From: Gemmatimonadales bacterium
GTDB taxonomy: Bacteria > Gemmatimonadota > Gemmatimonadetes > Gemmatimonadales > GWC2-71-9
Length of the DNA stretch: 57,305 nucleotides
Direction of reading: 5' to 3'
Assembly (NCBI GenBank): GCA_036781225.1
Contig: DAIQBJ010000002.1
Span: 1 to 57,305, forward strand
Below the pieces are notes generated by a model. The model did no database searches and was not told the DNA's origin. It saw only the letters and a list, made by a program, of their open reading frames with translations. Position numbers and translations under genes: made by a program. Shown piece after piece: positions 26,757 through 34,770 of this stretch (position 1 is the stretch's first letter; every line of letters starts with the position of its first letter).

Positions 26757-27541
26757 GGCAACAGCGGTATTTCGACCCGTACCGGCATGCCGGCCTTCAG
26801 GCGTCCACCGGTGTCATCGATCGCGACTTTGATTCCGAACACGAGATCCGCGCGCTCCCGCTCGGTCAGGGCGGCGCGCGGCGTGAATTCGGCGCGTGGC
26901 GCGATTTCCGTGATGTGTCCGGGGAACGGCGCGCCGGGGTAGCCGTCCACATGGATCGTCACGGCCATGCCGGTCTTGAGCCGAGCCACGAACCGCTCGC
27001 CCACGTAGGCGCGGACCCACGGGGCCTTTACCAGGCCGATCGAAACGACGGGCACCCCGGCGGTGATCATCTCGCCGCGCTCGGCGAAGCGCGTCAGCAC
27101 GATCCCGTCGGCGGGAGCGACCAGCGTCAACTCGTCGCGGATCGACTCGGTGACTTCGGTGGCGGCATGGGCGGCCTGGGACTCGCGGACCGATGCACGC
27201 ACGGACTGCAAGCGCGCGGCGGTGGCCGCGGCGGCCGACTCCATGCGCTCGAGCTCCTGCGGTGAAGCAATCCCCTGTCTCGCCAGGACGCGCGCCCGCG
27301 CCAGGTCATTGGCCGTGCGCTGGCTGTCCGCCTGGGCGGCGAGGATTTCGGCGGTGCGCGTCGACGCGGCGTCGGCAAGCGCGCGGCGCTGTTCGATCAG
27401 GGCCGAGAGGCCGGGCTGGTTAAGAACCGCGACCGTGTCCCCCGCGTGCACCGAATCCCCTTCATCCTTGAGCAGGCGCTCCAGGCGCCCGGACGCGAGC
27501 GGACTGAGCCGGACTTCGCGGATTTCGACCGTGCCGGCCAC
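26753..27541 (-). CDS. HlyD/YbhG-type periplasmic adaptor, probably a lipoprotein with an upstream non-canonical start
   Basis: Barrel-sandwich and coiled-coil layout is present (VAGTVEIREVRLSP..GDTVAVL.., then a long helical hairpin). The in-frame upstream sequence encodes ..TTLALAAAALLVACGG (a lipobox), but the only possible initiator there is CTG at 27644-27646. The first canonical start is GTG 27541. Confidence 0.8.
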   Translation of the reverse strand: MAGTVEIREVRLSPLASGRLERLLKDEGDSVHAGDTVAVLNQPGLSALIEQRRALADAASTRTAEILAAQADSQRTANDLARARVLARQGIASPQELERMESAAAATAARLQSVRASVRESQAAHAATEVTESIRDELTLVAPADGIVLTRFAERGEMITAGVPVVSIGLVKAPWVRAYVGERFVARLKTGMAVTIHVDGYPGAPFPGHITEIAPRAEFTPRAALTERERADLVFGIKVAIDDTGGRLKAGMPVRVEIPLLP

Positions 27542-27597
27542 GGTGAGGACATTGCTCGCGCCACCGCATGCAACCAGCAGGGCGGCGGCCGCGAGTG

Positions 27598-28812
27598 CTA
27601 GCGTGGTGTCGAGGGCCGAGCGGTGCGAGAAGGGGGGCGTAGCCAGTTGCCCGGATCCAGCGCGATGCCGCCTTGGCCCCGGATCTCGAAGTGTAAATGC
27701 GGACCTTCATCGCTCGATTCGCCACCGACATGACCGATGACCTGGCCGCGGATCACGCGATCACCCTGCTTGACGGTCGCGTCGTTGAGATACGCGTAGA
27801 CCGTGTAATAACCGCCGCCATGGTCGATCAGCACGGACGTGAGATAGAGACCGAGTGATCCCGCGAGACTCACCGTACCCGGCGCGACGGCCCGAACCGC
27901 GGTGCCCACTGGCGCCCGGATTCCGATACCGTGGCGTGGAATACGCGTCTTGTTGGGGCCGGTCGTCGTACCGAACGGATAGATGATCATCCCCTCGACG
28001 GGCCAATCGAGTCCTCCCAGGTCGGCGGTCGTGATCGACCCCGTGGCGCTCGCCGCGCCGCGGGACTCGGCTTCCCGGCGCGCCCGCTCGAGCGCTTCGA
28101 CCCGGTCATTCAGCGCGCGCTCGTCCTTCTCGAGCCGCGAGAGCCGCTGTTCGGCCTGGCGGGCGTTGCGGCGCGTTTCGCGCAGGTTCGCTTCCCGCTC
28201 CTGCTCGAGCGCGAGGTAGCGGCCCAGCTCGTCCGTCCGCTCGCGCCGCCGCCTGGCCAGCGCCTCCCGCGCCTCGACGAGCAGCTGCCGCTGCCGCGCC
28301 ACCCGGTCCTGCAGCTTGTGCATGTCGTTGGTGAGCAGCCGGTCCTGCCGGCTCACCAGGAAGAGGTATTTGTAGCGCGACAACAGATCGCCGAAGCTCG
28401 CCGCTGCGAACAACACCTGCCAGCTGTAGAGCGGCCCGCGCTTGTAGATATCGACGAAGCGGCGTTCCAGGACCGCGCGCTTCTCGAGCAACGCATCCTG
28501 CGCGATCAGGAGATCGACGGTGATCTGATCGATTTGCCCGCCGAGGCCGGTGATCTGGCGGTCCAGTTCGTTGACGATGCGATTGGTGCTCTGCTTCTGC
28601 TGCTCGATGTTGGAGATCTCATCGGTGAGCGAGTGGGCCTGCGTGCGCAACCGCGACAGCTCTTGCTCGACTTCCGACCGCTCGCGTTTGATGTCCTCGA
28701 GCCGGCGCTGGTTGTCCTGCATCTGCTGCTGATACGTCGGGCGCTGGGCCGCTAGGGGCGGTGCTGTGAGCAGAGCAACCACGCACCAGGCACCACGCAC
28801 GGCTTTTTTCAT
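27598..28812 (-). CDS. envC: Coiled-coil murein hydrolase activator with C-terminal M23/LytM domain (EnvC-like)
   Basis: A signal peptide is followed by about 230 aa of coiled coil (QQMQDNQRRLEDIKRERSEVEQEL...). The C-terminal M23 domain reads GIGIRAPVGTAVRAVAPGTV..GPHLHFEIR. The gene sits immediately downstream of ftsEX. Confidence 0.8.
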   Translation of the reverse strand: MKKAVRGAWCVVALLTAPPLAAQRPTYQQQMQDNQRRLEDIKRERSEVEQELSRLRTQAHSLTDEISNIEQQKQSTNRIVNELDRQITGLGGQIDQITVDLLIAQDALLEKRAVLERRFVDIYKRGPLYSWQVLFAAASFGDLLSRYKYLFLVSRQDRLLTNDMHKLQDRVARQRQLLVEAREALARRRRERTDELGRYLALEQEREANLRETRRNARQAEQRLSRLEKDERALNDRVEALERARREAESRGAASATGSITTADLGGLDWPVEGMIIYPFGTTTGPNKTRIPRHGIGIRAPVGTAVRAVAPGTVSLAGSLGLYLTSVLIDHGGGYYTVYAYLNDATVKQGDRVIRGQVIGHVGGESSDEGPHLHFEIRGQGGIALDPGNWLRPPSRTARPSTPR

Positions 28813-29666
28813 ACGCGCTTGAGGTGTCGACCCACGCTCGTGGCGCTGCCGAGCAATCCGATCAGCGCGCCGAAACCGACGATGGCGAGGGCCTGCCCCC
28901 GCGTGAAGAATGCGGATTGCAGGAGATACCGATTGATCAGGAGGTACGCACCAAAGGAGAGGCCGACCGCGACCAGCCCACCGAGCAGCCCCTTGATGGT
29001 GCCCTGCAGGAGGAACGGACGGCGGATGAACCCGTCGGTCGCGCCCACGAGCCGCATGATGGCGATCTCGCGGCTGCGCTGCAGCACCGCCATGCGGATC
29101 GTCGTGCCGATGATGATGATCGCCACCACTGCGAATGCCGCGCCGACGACGATCCCCACCGCCGCGGCTAGGCCACGCAGGCGGTCGACGTTCTCCACCC
29201 AGTCGCGGCCAAAGCGGACGTCGTCCACGAATCCAAAGCCACGCATCCGCTCCGCCACGATGCTGACGTGATCGGCGTCGCGAAATCCCGGCTTGAGCTT
29301 CACTTCGATCGACGCGGGCAGCGGATTGCGCTCCAACTCCTCCATCACATCCCGCAGCTCCACCAGCTCCGCCCGCGCGCGGGCGAGCGCGTCATCCTCG
29401 GACACGTAGTTGGCCGCCTGCACTTCTGGAAAGGCCTGGATGTCCTTGAGCGCCTGCGCCGTGGCTTCGGCCGGCGTTCCCGGCAGGATATAGGCGACGA
29501 TCTCGACGCGCTCCTCGATGGCCCGCAGGGCGTCCTGGAGGTTCACGACGACGAGCCCGAACAAGCCGAGGACGAAGAGCGAAAACGCGATCGTCGTGAC
29601 CGAGAGCGCGGAGAGGAGCGGAGCCCGCTTGAATGTGAGCATCGCTTCCCGCAGGGTGAGGTTCAT
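28809..29666 (-). CDS. ftsX: Cell-division ABC transporter permease FtsX
   Basis: The protein is 285 aa. The N-terminus LREAMLTFKRAPLLSALSVTTIAF is followed by a periplasmic domain and three C-terminal TM helices. Both ends overlap the neighbours (ftsE and envC) by 4 nt. Confidence 0.88.
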   Translation of the reverse strand: MNLTLREAMLTFKRAPLLSALSVTTIAFSLFVLGLFGLVVVNLQDALRAIEERVEIVAYILPGTPAEATAQALKDIQAFPEVQAANYVSEDDALARARAELVELRDVMEELERNPLPASIEVKLKPGFRDADHVSIVAERMRGFGFVDDVRFGRDWVENVDRLRGLAAAVGIVVGAAFAVVAIIIIGTTIRMAVLQRSREIAIMRLVGATDGFIRRPFLLQGTIKGLLGGLVAVGLSFGAYLLINRYLLQSAFFTRGQALAIVGFGALIGLLGSATSVGRHLKRV

Positions 29667-30358
29667 GGCGCCGCGGCCTGGTCACGCGGTTCATCGACCG
29701 CGGAGTCGTAGACCAGCGCTCCTTCCTGGAGCTCGATGACGCGGTAGGGTGCCTGGCGCACGAGGTCGAGGTCGTGCGTCGCCATGACGACGGCCGTGCC
29801 GCTCGCGTTGATGTCGCGCAGCAGCTGGAAGACGCCACGCGTGGCGCGCTCGTCGAGGTTGCCGGTCGGCTCGTCCGCGAGCAGCACCGTCGGCTCATTC
29901 ACCAGCGCGCGGGCGATGGCGACGCGCTGCTGCTCCCCGCCCGAGAGCTCGCGGGGGTAAGCCTGCGCCTTGGCGGCCAGGCCGACCTGCGTAAGCACCC
30001 GCATGACGCGCGCCGCGATCGTGGAGCTGCGCGCGCCGGTGACCTCGAGTGCAAACGCGACGTTCTCCTCGGCGGTGCGATCCTCGAGCAGCCGGAAATC
30101 CTGAAAGACGATGCCGAGCTTGCGGCGGAGCAGGGGGACGTCGCGCGGGCGCATCTCGTTCACGTTGTACCCGGACACGCGGACCTCGCCCGACGTGGGA
30201 CGCTCCTCGGCGTAAATGAGCTTCATGACCGTCGACTTCCCGGCGCCGGAGTGACCGGTGAGAAAGGCGAATTCGCCTTTGGCGACGTGGAAGGAGACGT
30301 CCTTGAGCGCCAGGCCCCCCTTCGGGAAGGCCTTGAAGACGTTCGTGAACTTGATCAC
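29663..30358 (-). CDS. ftsE: Cell-division ATP-binding protein FtsE
   Basis: The N-terminus is [14 protein letters not shown]. It has Walker [10 protein letters not shown], signature [15 protein letters not shown] and Walker [13 protein letters not shown]. Confidence 0.92.
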   Translation of the reverse strand: MIKFTNVFKAFPKGGLALKDVSFHVAKGEFAFLTGHSGAGKSTVMKLIYAEERPTSGEVRVSGYNVNEMRPRDVPLLRRKLGIVFQDFRLLEDRTAEENVAFALEVTGARSSTIAARVMRVLTQVGLAAKAQAYPRELSGGEQQRVAIARALVNEPTVLLADEPTGNLDERATRGVFQLLRDINASGTAVVMATHDLDLVRQAPYRVIELQEGALVYDSAVDEPRDQAAAP

Positions 30359-31516
30359 TTAATGTCGCGCCAGAGCCTGGGCGAAGTCCGCGATGAGATC
30401 ATCGGGATCCTCCAGTCCCAGGGAAAATCTCAGGAATCCGTCGGGAATGCCAGCCTGCGCGCGCTGGTCGGCGGTGAGGCTCGCGTGCGACGTGAGGCGC
30501 GGCTCCGATACGAGCGTTTCCACGCCACCCAGGCTCGGCGCGTGCGCCGCGATCGTCAGCGCCTTGAGGAACCGCTCCACCGCGCGCACGCCGCCCTTCA
30601 ATTCGATGCCGAGCATGCCGCCGAATCCACCCAGGATGCGTTTCGCCAGTTCGTGATCGGGGTGCTGGGGCAACCCGGGATAATGCACCTTCGTGATCGA
30701 GTCCTGTTTGGCACACCACTCCGCGACCGCGACACCGATTTCATTCTGCCGCTGCACGCGAACGGTCAGCGTCCGCAAGCCCCGATCGATCAGCCAGGCC
30801 GCGAACGGGTCGATGGCCTGCCCCCACACCTGCATCAGGCGCCGCACCTCGTCCACGACCTGGTCCGTCCCGGCCACGGCGCCCGCGATGACATCGCTAT
30901 GGCCGTTGAGGTATTTCGTCGCCGAGTGGATCACGAGGTCGGCCCCGTGTTCGAGCGGGCGCAGGTTCACGGGCGAGGCAAACGTCGAATCGACGATGAG
31001 CGCCAGTCCTTCTTCCTTGCACAGCGCCGCGATCGGCTCGAGGTCGATGACGCGCATCAACGGGTTGGTGGGTGTCTCGAGGAAAACCGCGCGCGTGGTC
31101 TTGCGCATCGCGCGCTTCCACGTGCGCTGCTGCGTGGGATTCACGAACGACACGTCGATGCCGAGTTTGCCGAACTCCTCGCGGAACAGGCGGTATACGC
31201 CGCCGTAGATCCATTCGCTCGCGAGCAGGTGGTCGCCCGGCCGGAGCACGGCGAGGTGCGCGAGCGCCACGGCGCCCATGCCGCTCGCCACGAACAGCGC
31301 CGCATCGGCCCCCTCCAGCAGCGCGAGCTTCTTGCCGATGTCGACCTGATTGGGGTTGTTGCCGTAGCGGCTGTAGAGAACTTCGGCGGTCGAGCCGACC
31401 GGGTTCGTGAAGGTGGCGCTTTGATACAGCGGCGGGGCGACGGCGGTCCAGTCGGCGAGAGCTTTCGGGTCCCCGTGAATGGCGCGGGTGGAGAGGCCCA
31501 GCCGGCGGCGTTTCAC
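30359..31516 (-). CDS. PLP-dependent trans-sulfuration enzyme (cystathionine gamma-synthase / beta-lyase family)
   Basis: The protein is 385 aa. Motifs are STRAIHGD, YSRYGNPN and the PLP-lysine block HSATKYLNGHSDV. Confidence 0.88.
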   Translation of the reverse strand: MKRRRLGLSTRAIHGDPKALADWTAVAPPLYQSATFTNPVGSTAEVLYSRYGNNPNQVDIGKKLALLEGADAALFVASGMGAVALAHLAVLRPGDHLLASEWIYGGVYRLFREEFGKLGIDVSFVNPTQQRTWKRAMRKTTRAVFLETPTNPLMRVIDLEPIAALCKEEGLALIVDSTFASPVNLRPLEHGADLVIHSATKYLNGHSDVIAGAVAGTDQVVDEVRRLMQVWGQAIDPFAAWLIDRGLRTLTVRVQRQNEIGVAVAEWCAKQDSITKVHYPGLPQHPDHELAKRILGGFGGMLGIELKGGVRAVERFLKALTIAAHAPSLGGVETLVSEPRLTSHASLTADQRAQAGIPDGFLRFSLGLEDPDDLIADFAQALARH

Positions 31517-31929
31517 GCCGCGGTGAAGCGGATGGAGCCTCCGGGATTGCGCGCGGCCAGTCGCCGCTCGACCAGCTCGTCCAGCAGGGCCGGCGCCGGT
31601 TCACTCGCCCCCAGACCTTCGAGCGCGCCGTCCGGCCGCTCGCAGAGCACCGCGAGGCCGGCACCCGCCAGGACGGGCTCGATGGCCTCCCGGTGAGCCT
31701 CCGTGAGCCCGCGCAGGAGCAGCACTTTCACTTTATCGCGCACCAGCTTCGCGACGATCTCGTCGGCGCAAGAGTAATCGAGGCAGCCCACGCCGGTAAA
31801 GTCCATCACCGCGATGGTGCCGGGAGCGAGGTCGCGCTCGATGTTTTCACGAACTGCGCGTCCGGTGGGCCGAGTGACGAGGTCGGTATAGAACCCGGAG
31901 ACCGATTGCCGGAGCACGGCCTGAACCAT
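31513..31929 (-). CDS. STAS-like small protein (DUF4325 / anti-sigma-antagonist-like fold candidate)
   Basis: The 138-aa version starts at ATG 31929 (MVQAVLRQSVSGFYTDLVTRPTGRAVRENIERDL..). The core IAVMDFTGVGCLDYSCADEIVAKL matches the STAS D-F-x-x-V-x-x-[IL]-D-S-S pattern. The ORF-track upstream extension is Arg-rich and overlaps the upstream gene. Confidence 0.6.
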   Translation of the reverse strand: MVQAVLRQSVSGFYTDLVTRPTGRAVRENIERDLAPGTIAVMDFTGVGCLDYSCADEIVAKLVRDKVKVLLLRGLTEAHREAIEPVLAGAGLAVLCERPDGALEGLGASEPAPALLDELVERRLAARNPGGSIRFTAA

Positions 31930-31940
31930 GATATGAGGAA

Positions 31941-32858
31941 TCACTGCTGCGACGACCCTCCCCCCCCTCCAGACTCTTGCTCCGGAATGATCAGCAGGAC
32001 CTGCGAACCCGGAAACGCCGGCAACCCATCCTTCAACGGCACGTCGTCGTCCCAGCGGGGGACGATCGCGATGCGCGCGGTGCCGCTGCGGATCGCGACC
32101 TTGCCTTCCCAACGGGCGAGATAGCGGCGGATGCCCGCGAGACCTTGCCCGCGGCCGGGGTCACGGAATCGGCTCGTGCCTTGAATCAACGCCGCTTCCA
32201 GCGCCGCCGCGTCGCCCCACCGCTCGCCGAATCGTTTGGCCTGCGTGGGCTCCAAAGAATGCCGGAAGCCCACACCGGCGTCTGCGACCGCGATCACGAC
32301 CACCCGGCGCGCCAGCTTGCGCCGCCAGTTGTACGCCTGCACGGCAACCCAGCCGCCGGTGCCGGCGTGCTCCACAATATTCTGACATGACTCCGAAAGC
32401 GCCATAGCGAATCCCATCGTCGCCTTCGGATCGAGTCCCAGCTCGGAGCTCAGGATCGCGGACGCGCGCTGCTGGATGGTGCTGACGACGGCGTGCACGT
32501 CCTCCGCAGCCCGCACCGGTGTCACGGGCAGCAACACGTCACTCTCCACCGCCGGCCTGGTCCTGGGCACCTTGCCGTGGACTTCGAACAGGTCGCCCGC
32601 CTCACGAAAGAATCCGGCGCGGGCCCAGTAGCTCACGACATCCGGATTGGCGGGCGCGGTCAGCAACGGCCGCTCGCCGTGGCGAGCCGCGGCCTCGCCC
32701 GCCGCCAGCAATCCCACGAGCCCGTACGGTGACGCCCACTCGGCGGCGTGCGCGTCGAAGAGCAGTCGCTCGCCGTCGGTTGCTTGAGCGTACGCGGCGG
32801 CGAATTGGTCAAAGGAGCGATCGTCGAACTGCGTCGGCACCTCGACGAGTCGCGTCAT
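31941..32858 (-). CDS. GHKL (Bergerat-fold) ATPase / RsbW-like serine-kinase-type protein with an uncharacterised N-terminal domain
   Basis: The start ATG 32858 (MTRLVEVPTQ..) overlaps the upstream stop (ATGA). It has an N-box ESCQNIVEHAG, a G1 box VADAGVGF and a G2 box GRGQGLAG. There is no HisKA H-box. The first roughly 135 aa are unassigned. Confidence 0.7.
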   Translation of the reverse strand: MTRLVEVPTQFDDRSFDQFAAAYAQATDGERLLFDAHAAEWASPYGLVGLLAAGEAAARHGERPLLTAPANPDVVSYWARAGFFREAGDLFEVHGKVPRTRPAVESDVLLPVTPVRAAEDVHAVVSTIQQRASAILSSELGLDPKATMGFAMALSESCQNIVEHAGTGGWVAVQAYNWRRKLARRVVVIAVADAGVGFRHSLEPTQAKRFGERWGDAAALEAALIQGTSRFRDPGRGQGLAGIRRYLARWEGKVAIRSGTARIAIVPRWDDDVPLKDGLPAFPGSQVLLIIPEQESGGGGGSSQQ

Positions 32859-33769
32859 GCCACCGAGAGCTTTCCCATGAGATGATCCCGGAGCCCGGTG
32901 GCGCCGCGATGGGTCAGGTTTCTCGTGCCGAGCCGGGTGCCCGCGCGCACAGCGTCTTCGAGTGCGGCGCCGGAGAGCAGCGCCGCCACGACGGCGCCGC
33001 CAAACACGTCGCCACATCCGGTGGGATCGTTCACCTGGGTGAACGCCGGTGGATCGATTGGAGGGGCGGGAATCCGTTCGGTGCGGATCGGATCGCCGGT
33101 GAAGTAGGCCGCGCCACGAGACCCGAGCGTCACGCACAGTGACATGCAGCCGTGACGCAGCGCCTCCGCCGCGGTGGCCAGCGGATCACTGCCCAGCTGT
33201 CCCATTTCGTCTTCGTTCAGCTGCACAACATCGAAGCAGCTGAACCAGTCGGCAGCCTGAGGCAGCTGCCGCGGCACACGCAGGCCGTCCGGCTGGCGTC
33301 CGAGGAACAGGCTGTGCAGGTCCGCGTAGATGAAGCCCGGAAAGCCACGGCGCAGCATCTGCGCCGTCTCGAGCGTCATCTCGAAACCCGAGATGAAGTT
33401 GATGTAGAGCGCGTCGACGTCGCGAATCAGCGGGCCCAGCTCCGGCCAAGTCCAGGGGGAAACGCCGCCGCTCATATGCTCGCAGCGCCGCTCCACCGAT
33501 TCATAGCGGAGCGTGACGCGGTTGTTGGGCTCGGGGACTTCCACAAAACGGGCGGCGCGTGGCACGTGGTGGAGCGTCCGAAGGAATTCATTTGCTTTCG
33601 TGGCGAGATCACGGCCCACTTTGATGAGCGGCACGATCTCCCGGTCGTCAGGGAGCGAGGCATCCAGTGCGGAGAGTGCGTAGGAGATGCCGCCCCATTC
33701 CTGGACCGCCGGCTGCGCGGGATCGCGACCATAGATCGTGTCCCACACCATCGACCCGATGACGCCCAC
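32855..33769 (-). CDS. PfkB-family carbohydrate kinase, specificity unknown
   Basis: The start is GTG 33769 (VGVIGSMVWDTIYG). The PfkB signature-2 is DPTGCGDVFGGAVVAALL. The 520-aa ORF-track version overlaps the ROK gene, so I rejected it. Confidence 0.8.
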   Translation of the reverse strand: MGVIGSMVWDTIYGRDPAQPAVQEWGGISYALSALDASLPDDREIVPLIKVGRDLATKANEFLRTLHHVPRAARFVEVPEPNNRVTLRYESVERRCEHMSGGVSPWTWPELGPLIRDVDALYINFISGFEMTLETAQMLRRGFPGFIYADLHSLFLGRQPDGLRVPRQLPQAADWFSCFDVVQLNEDEMGQLGSDPLATAAEALRHGCMSLCVTLGSRGAAYFTGDPIRTERIPAPPIDPPAFTQVNDPTGCGDVFGGAVVAALLSGAALEDAVRAGTRLGTRNLTHRGATGLRDHLMGKLSVA

Positions 33770-33774
33770 GCGCT

Positions 33775-34770
33775 TCAGCGCTTGCCTCCGTCCCCGAGCC
33801 CCCCGAGCCCCCCGAGCCCCCAGTGCTTTTGGATGAAGACGGCGGCGGCGCCAAACACACCCGCGGTGCCGGGCAGGGTGCCCGGCACGATGCGACAGGC
33901 CTCCCACGCCGGCTTGAACGCGCGTCGCTTCACTTCCCAGCGGAGTGGATTGAAGAGCCGGTCGCCCGCTTGCGTGACCCCGCCGCAGATCACCACGACT
34001 TCGGGATTGAAGATGTTCAGAAAGCTCGCCACGGCGGCGCCCAGCAGCGACGCCGTCTCCCGCACCACCTCGAGCGCCCACTCGTCGCCGTCGTTCGCGG
34101 CCTCGTAGACGATCTGTGCCGTGATTTTGGTGAGATCGCCGTTGACGTATTGCCCGAGCGACGTCTCGGTGCCGGACTCGATGCCTTCGATCGCGCGCTG
34201 CGCGATCGCGGGGCCGGACGCATAGGCTTCGATGCAGCCGTAGTTCCCGCACTTGCAGTGCCGGCCGTTCGCGTCGATCGAGACGTGCCCGAATTCGCCG
34301 GCGACATCGGTGACGCCATGGTAGATCTCGCCGTCGATGACGATGCCGCCGCCGATACCGGTGCCCAGCGTGAGCCCGATGACGTACTTCGCGCCCTGCG
34401 CGGCGCCGCGCCACCACTCCCCATAGATGGCGCAGTTGGCGTCGTTATCGAGCGTCGCGGGGAGACCGAGGCCTTCGCTCACCCGGTCCCGCAGCGGCAT
34501 GTTGGTCCAGCCGAGATTGGGCGTGAGCAGGACCACGCCGGTCTTGGTGTTCAGCGGACCGGGTGAGCCGATCCCCACACCCTCGACCTTTTTTCCGGCC
34601 TCCTTGATCGACGCCTTTGCGAGCTTGACGATGCGCGCGATCACCGGATCCGCGCCCTGCGCGGCCAAGGTCGGTTCGGAGACGACACCATGGATCTCGG
34701 AGCCGTCCTCGGCGAGGACTCCGGCGACCAGGTTCGTTCCACCGACATCAACTCCGACGACGTAGCGCAC
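33775..34770 (-). CDS. ROK-family glucokinase
   Basis: The N-terminus is VVGVDVGGTNLVAGV. The ROK Zn motif is HVSIDANGRHCKCGNYGCIEAY. A GLGGLGGLG tail is encoded by a 9-bp tandem repeat. Confidence 0.88.
   Translation of the reverse strand: MRYVVGVDVGGTNLVAGVLAEDGSEIHGVVSEPTLAAQGADPVIARIVKLAKASIKEAGKKVEGVGIGSPGPLNTKTGVVLLTPNLGWTNMPLRDRVSEGLGLPATLDNDANCAIYGEWWRGAAQGAKYVIGLTLGTGIGGGIVIDGEIYHGVTDVAGEFGHVSIDANGRHCKCGNYGCIEAYASGPAIAQRAIEGIESGTETSLGQYVNGDLTKITAQIVYEAANDGDEWALEVVRETASLLGAAVASFLNIFNPEVVVICGGVTQAGDRLFNPLRWEVKRRAFKPAWEACRIVPGTLPGTAGVFGAAAVFIQKHWGLGGLGGLGDGGKR
33792..33818. repeat. Perfect 3 x 9-bp tandem repeat (CCCCGAGCC)
   Basis: The repeat is read directly as CCCCGAGCC at 33792-33800, 33801-33809 and 33810-33818. 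It encodes the GLGGLGGLG tail of the ROK kinase on the minus strand. Confidence 0.95.

Noticed and set aside
29774-31696. A 640-aa plus-strand ORF lies opposite ftsE and the trans-sulfuration gene. Similar long shadow ORFs are 8469-9731, 10799-12286, 19362-20249, 22889-24196, 27931-28755, 38272-39435, 40440-41489, 48882-50138, 50925-52246 and 55076-55867.
   Set aside because: All are antisense to, or out of frame with, genes that have strong family motifs. Their translations are dominated by R, A, G, P, D, E and H without recognisable domains.
32855-34417. The ORF track gives a 520-aa version of the PfkB kinase ORF. Similar long N-terminal extensions appear for 31513-32112, 31941-33137, 34748-35914, 19200-20375, 18344-19252 and 51069-52898.
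   Set aside because: The extensions overlap the preceding genes and are Arg-rich nonsense. Internal starts that abut or overlap the upstream stop codon give proteins beginning at the expected family N-termini.
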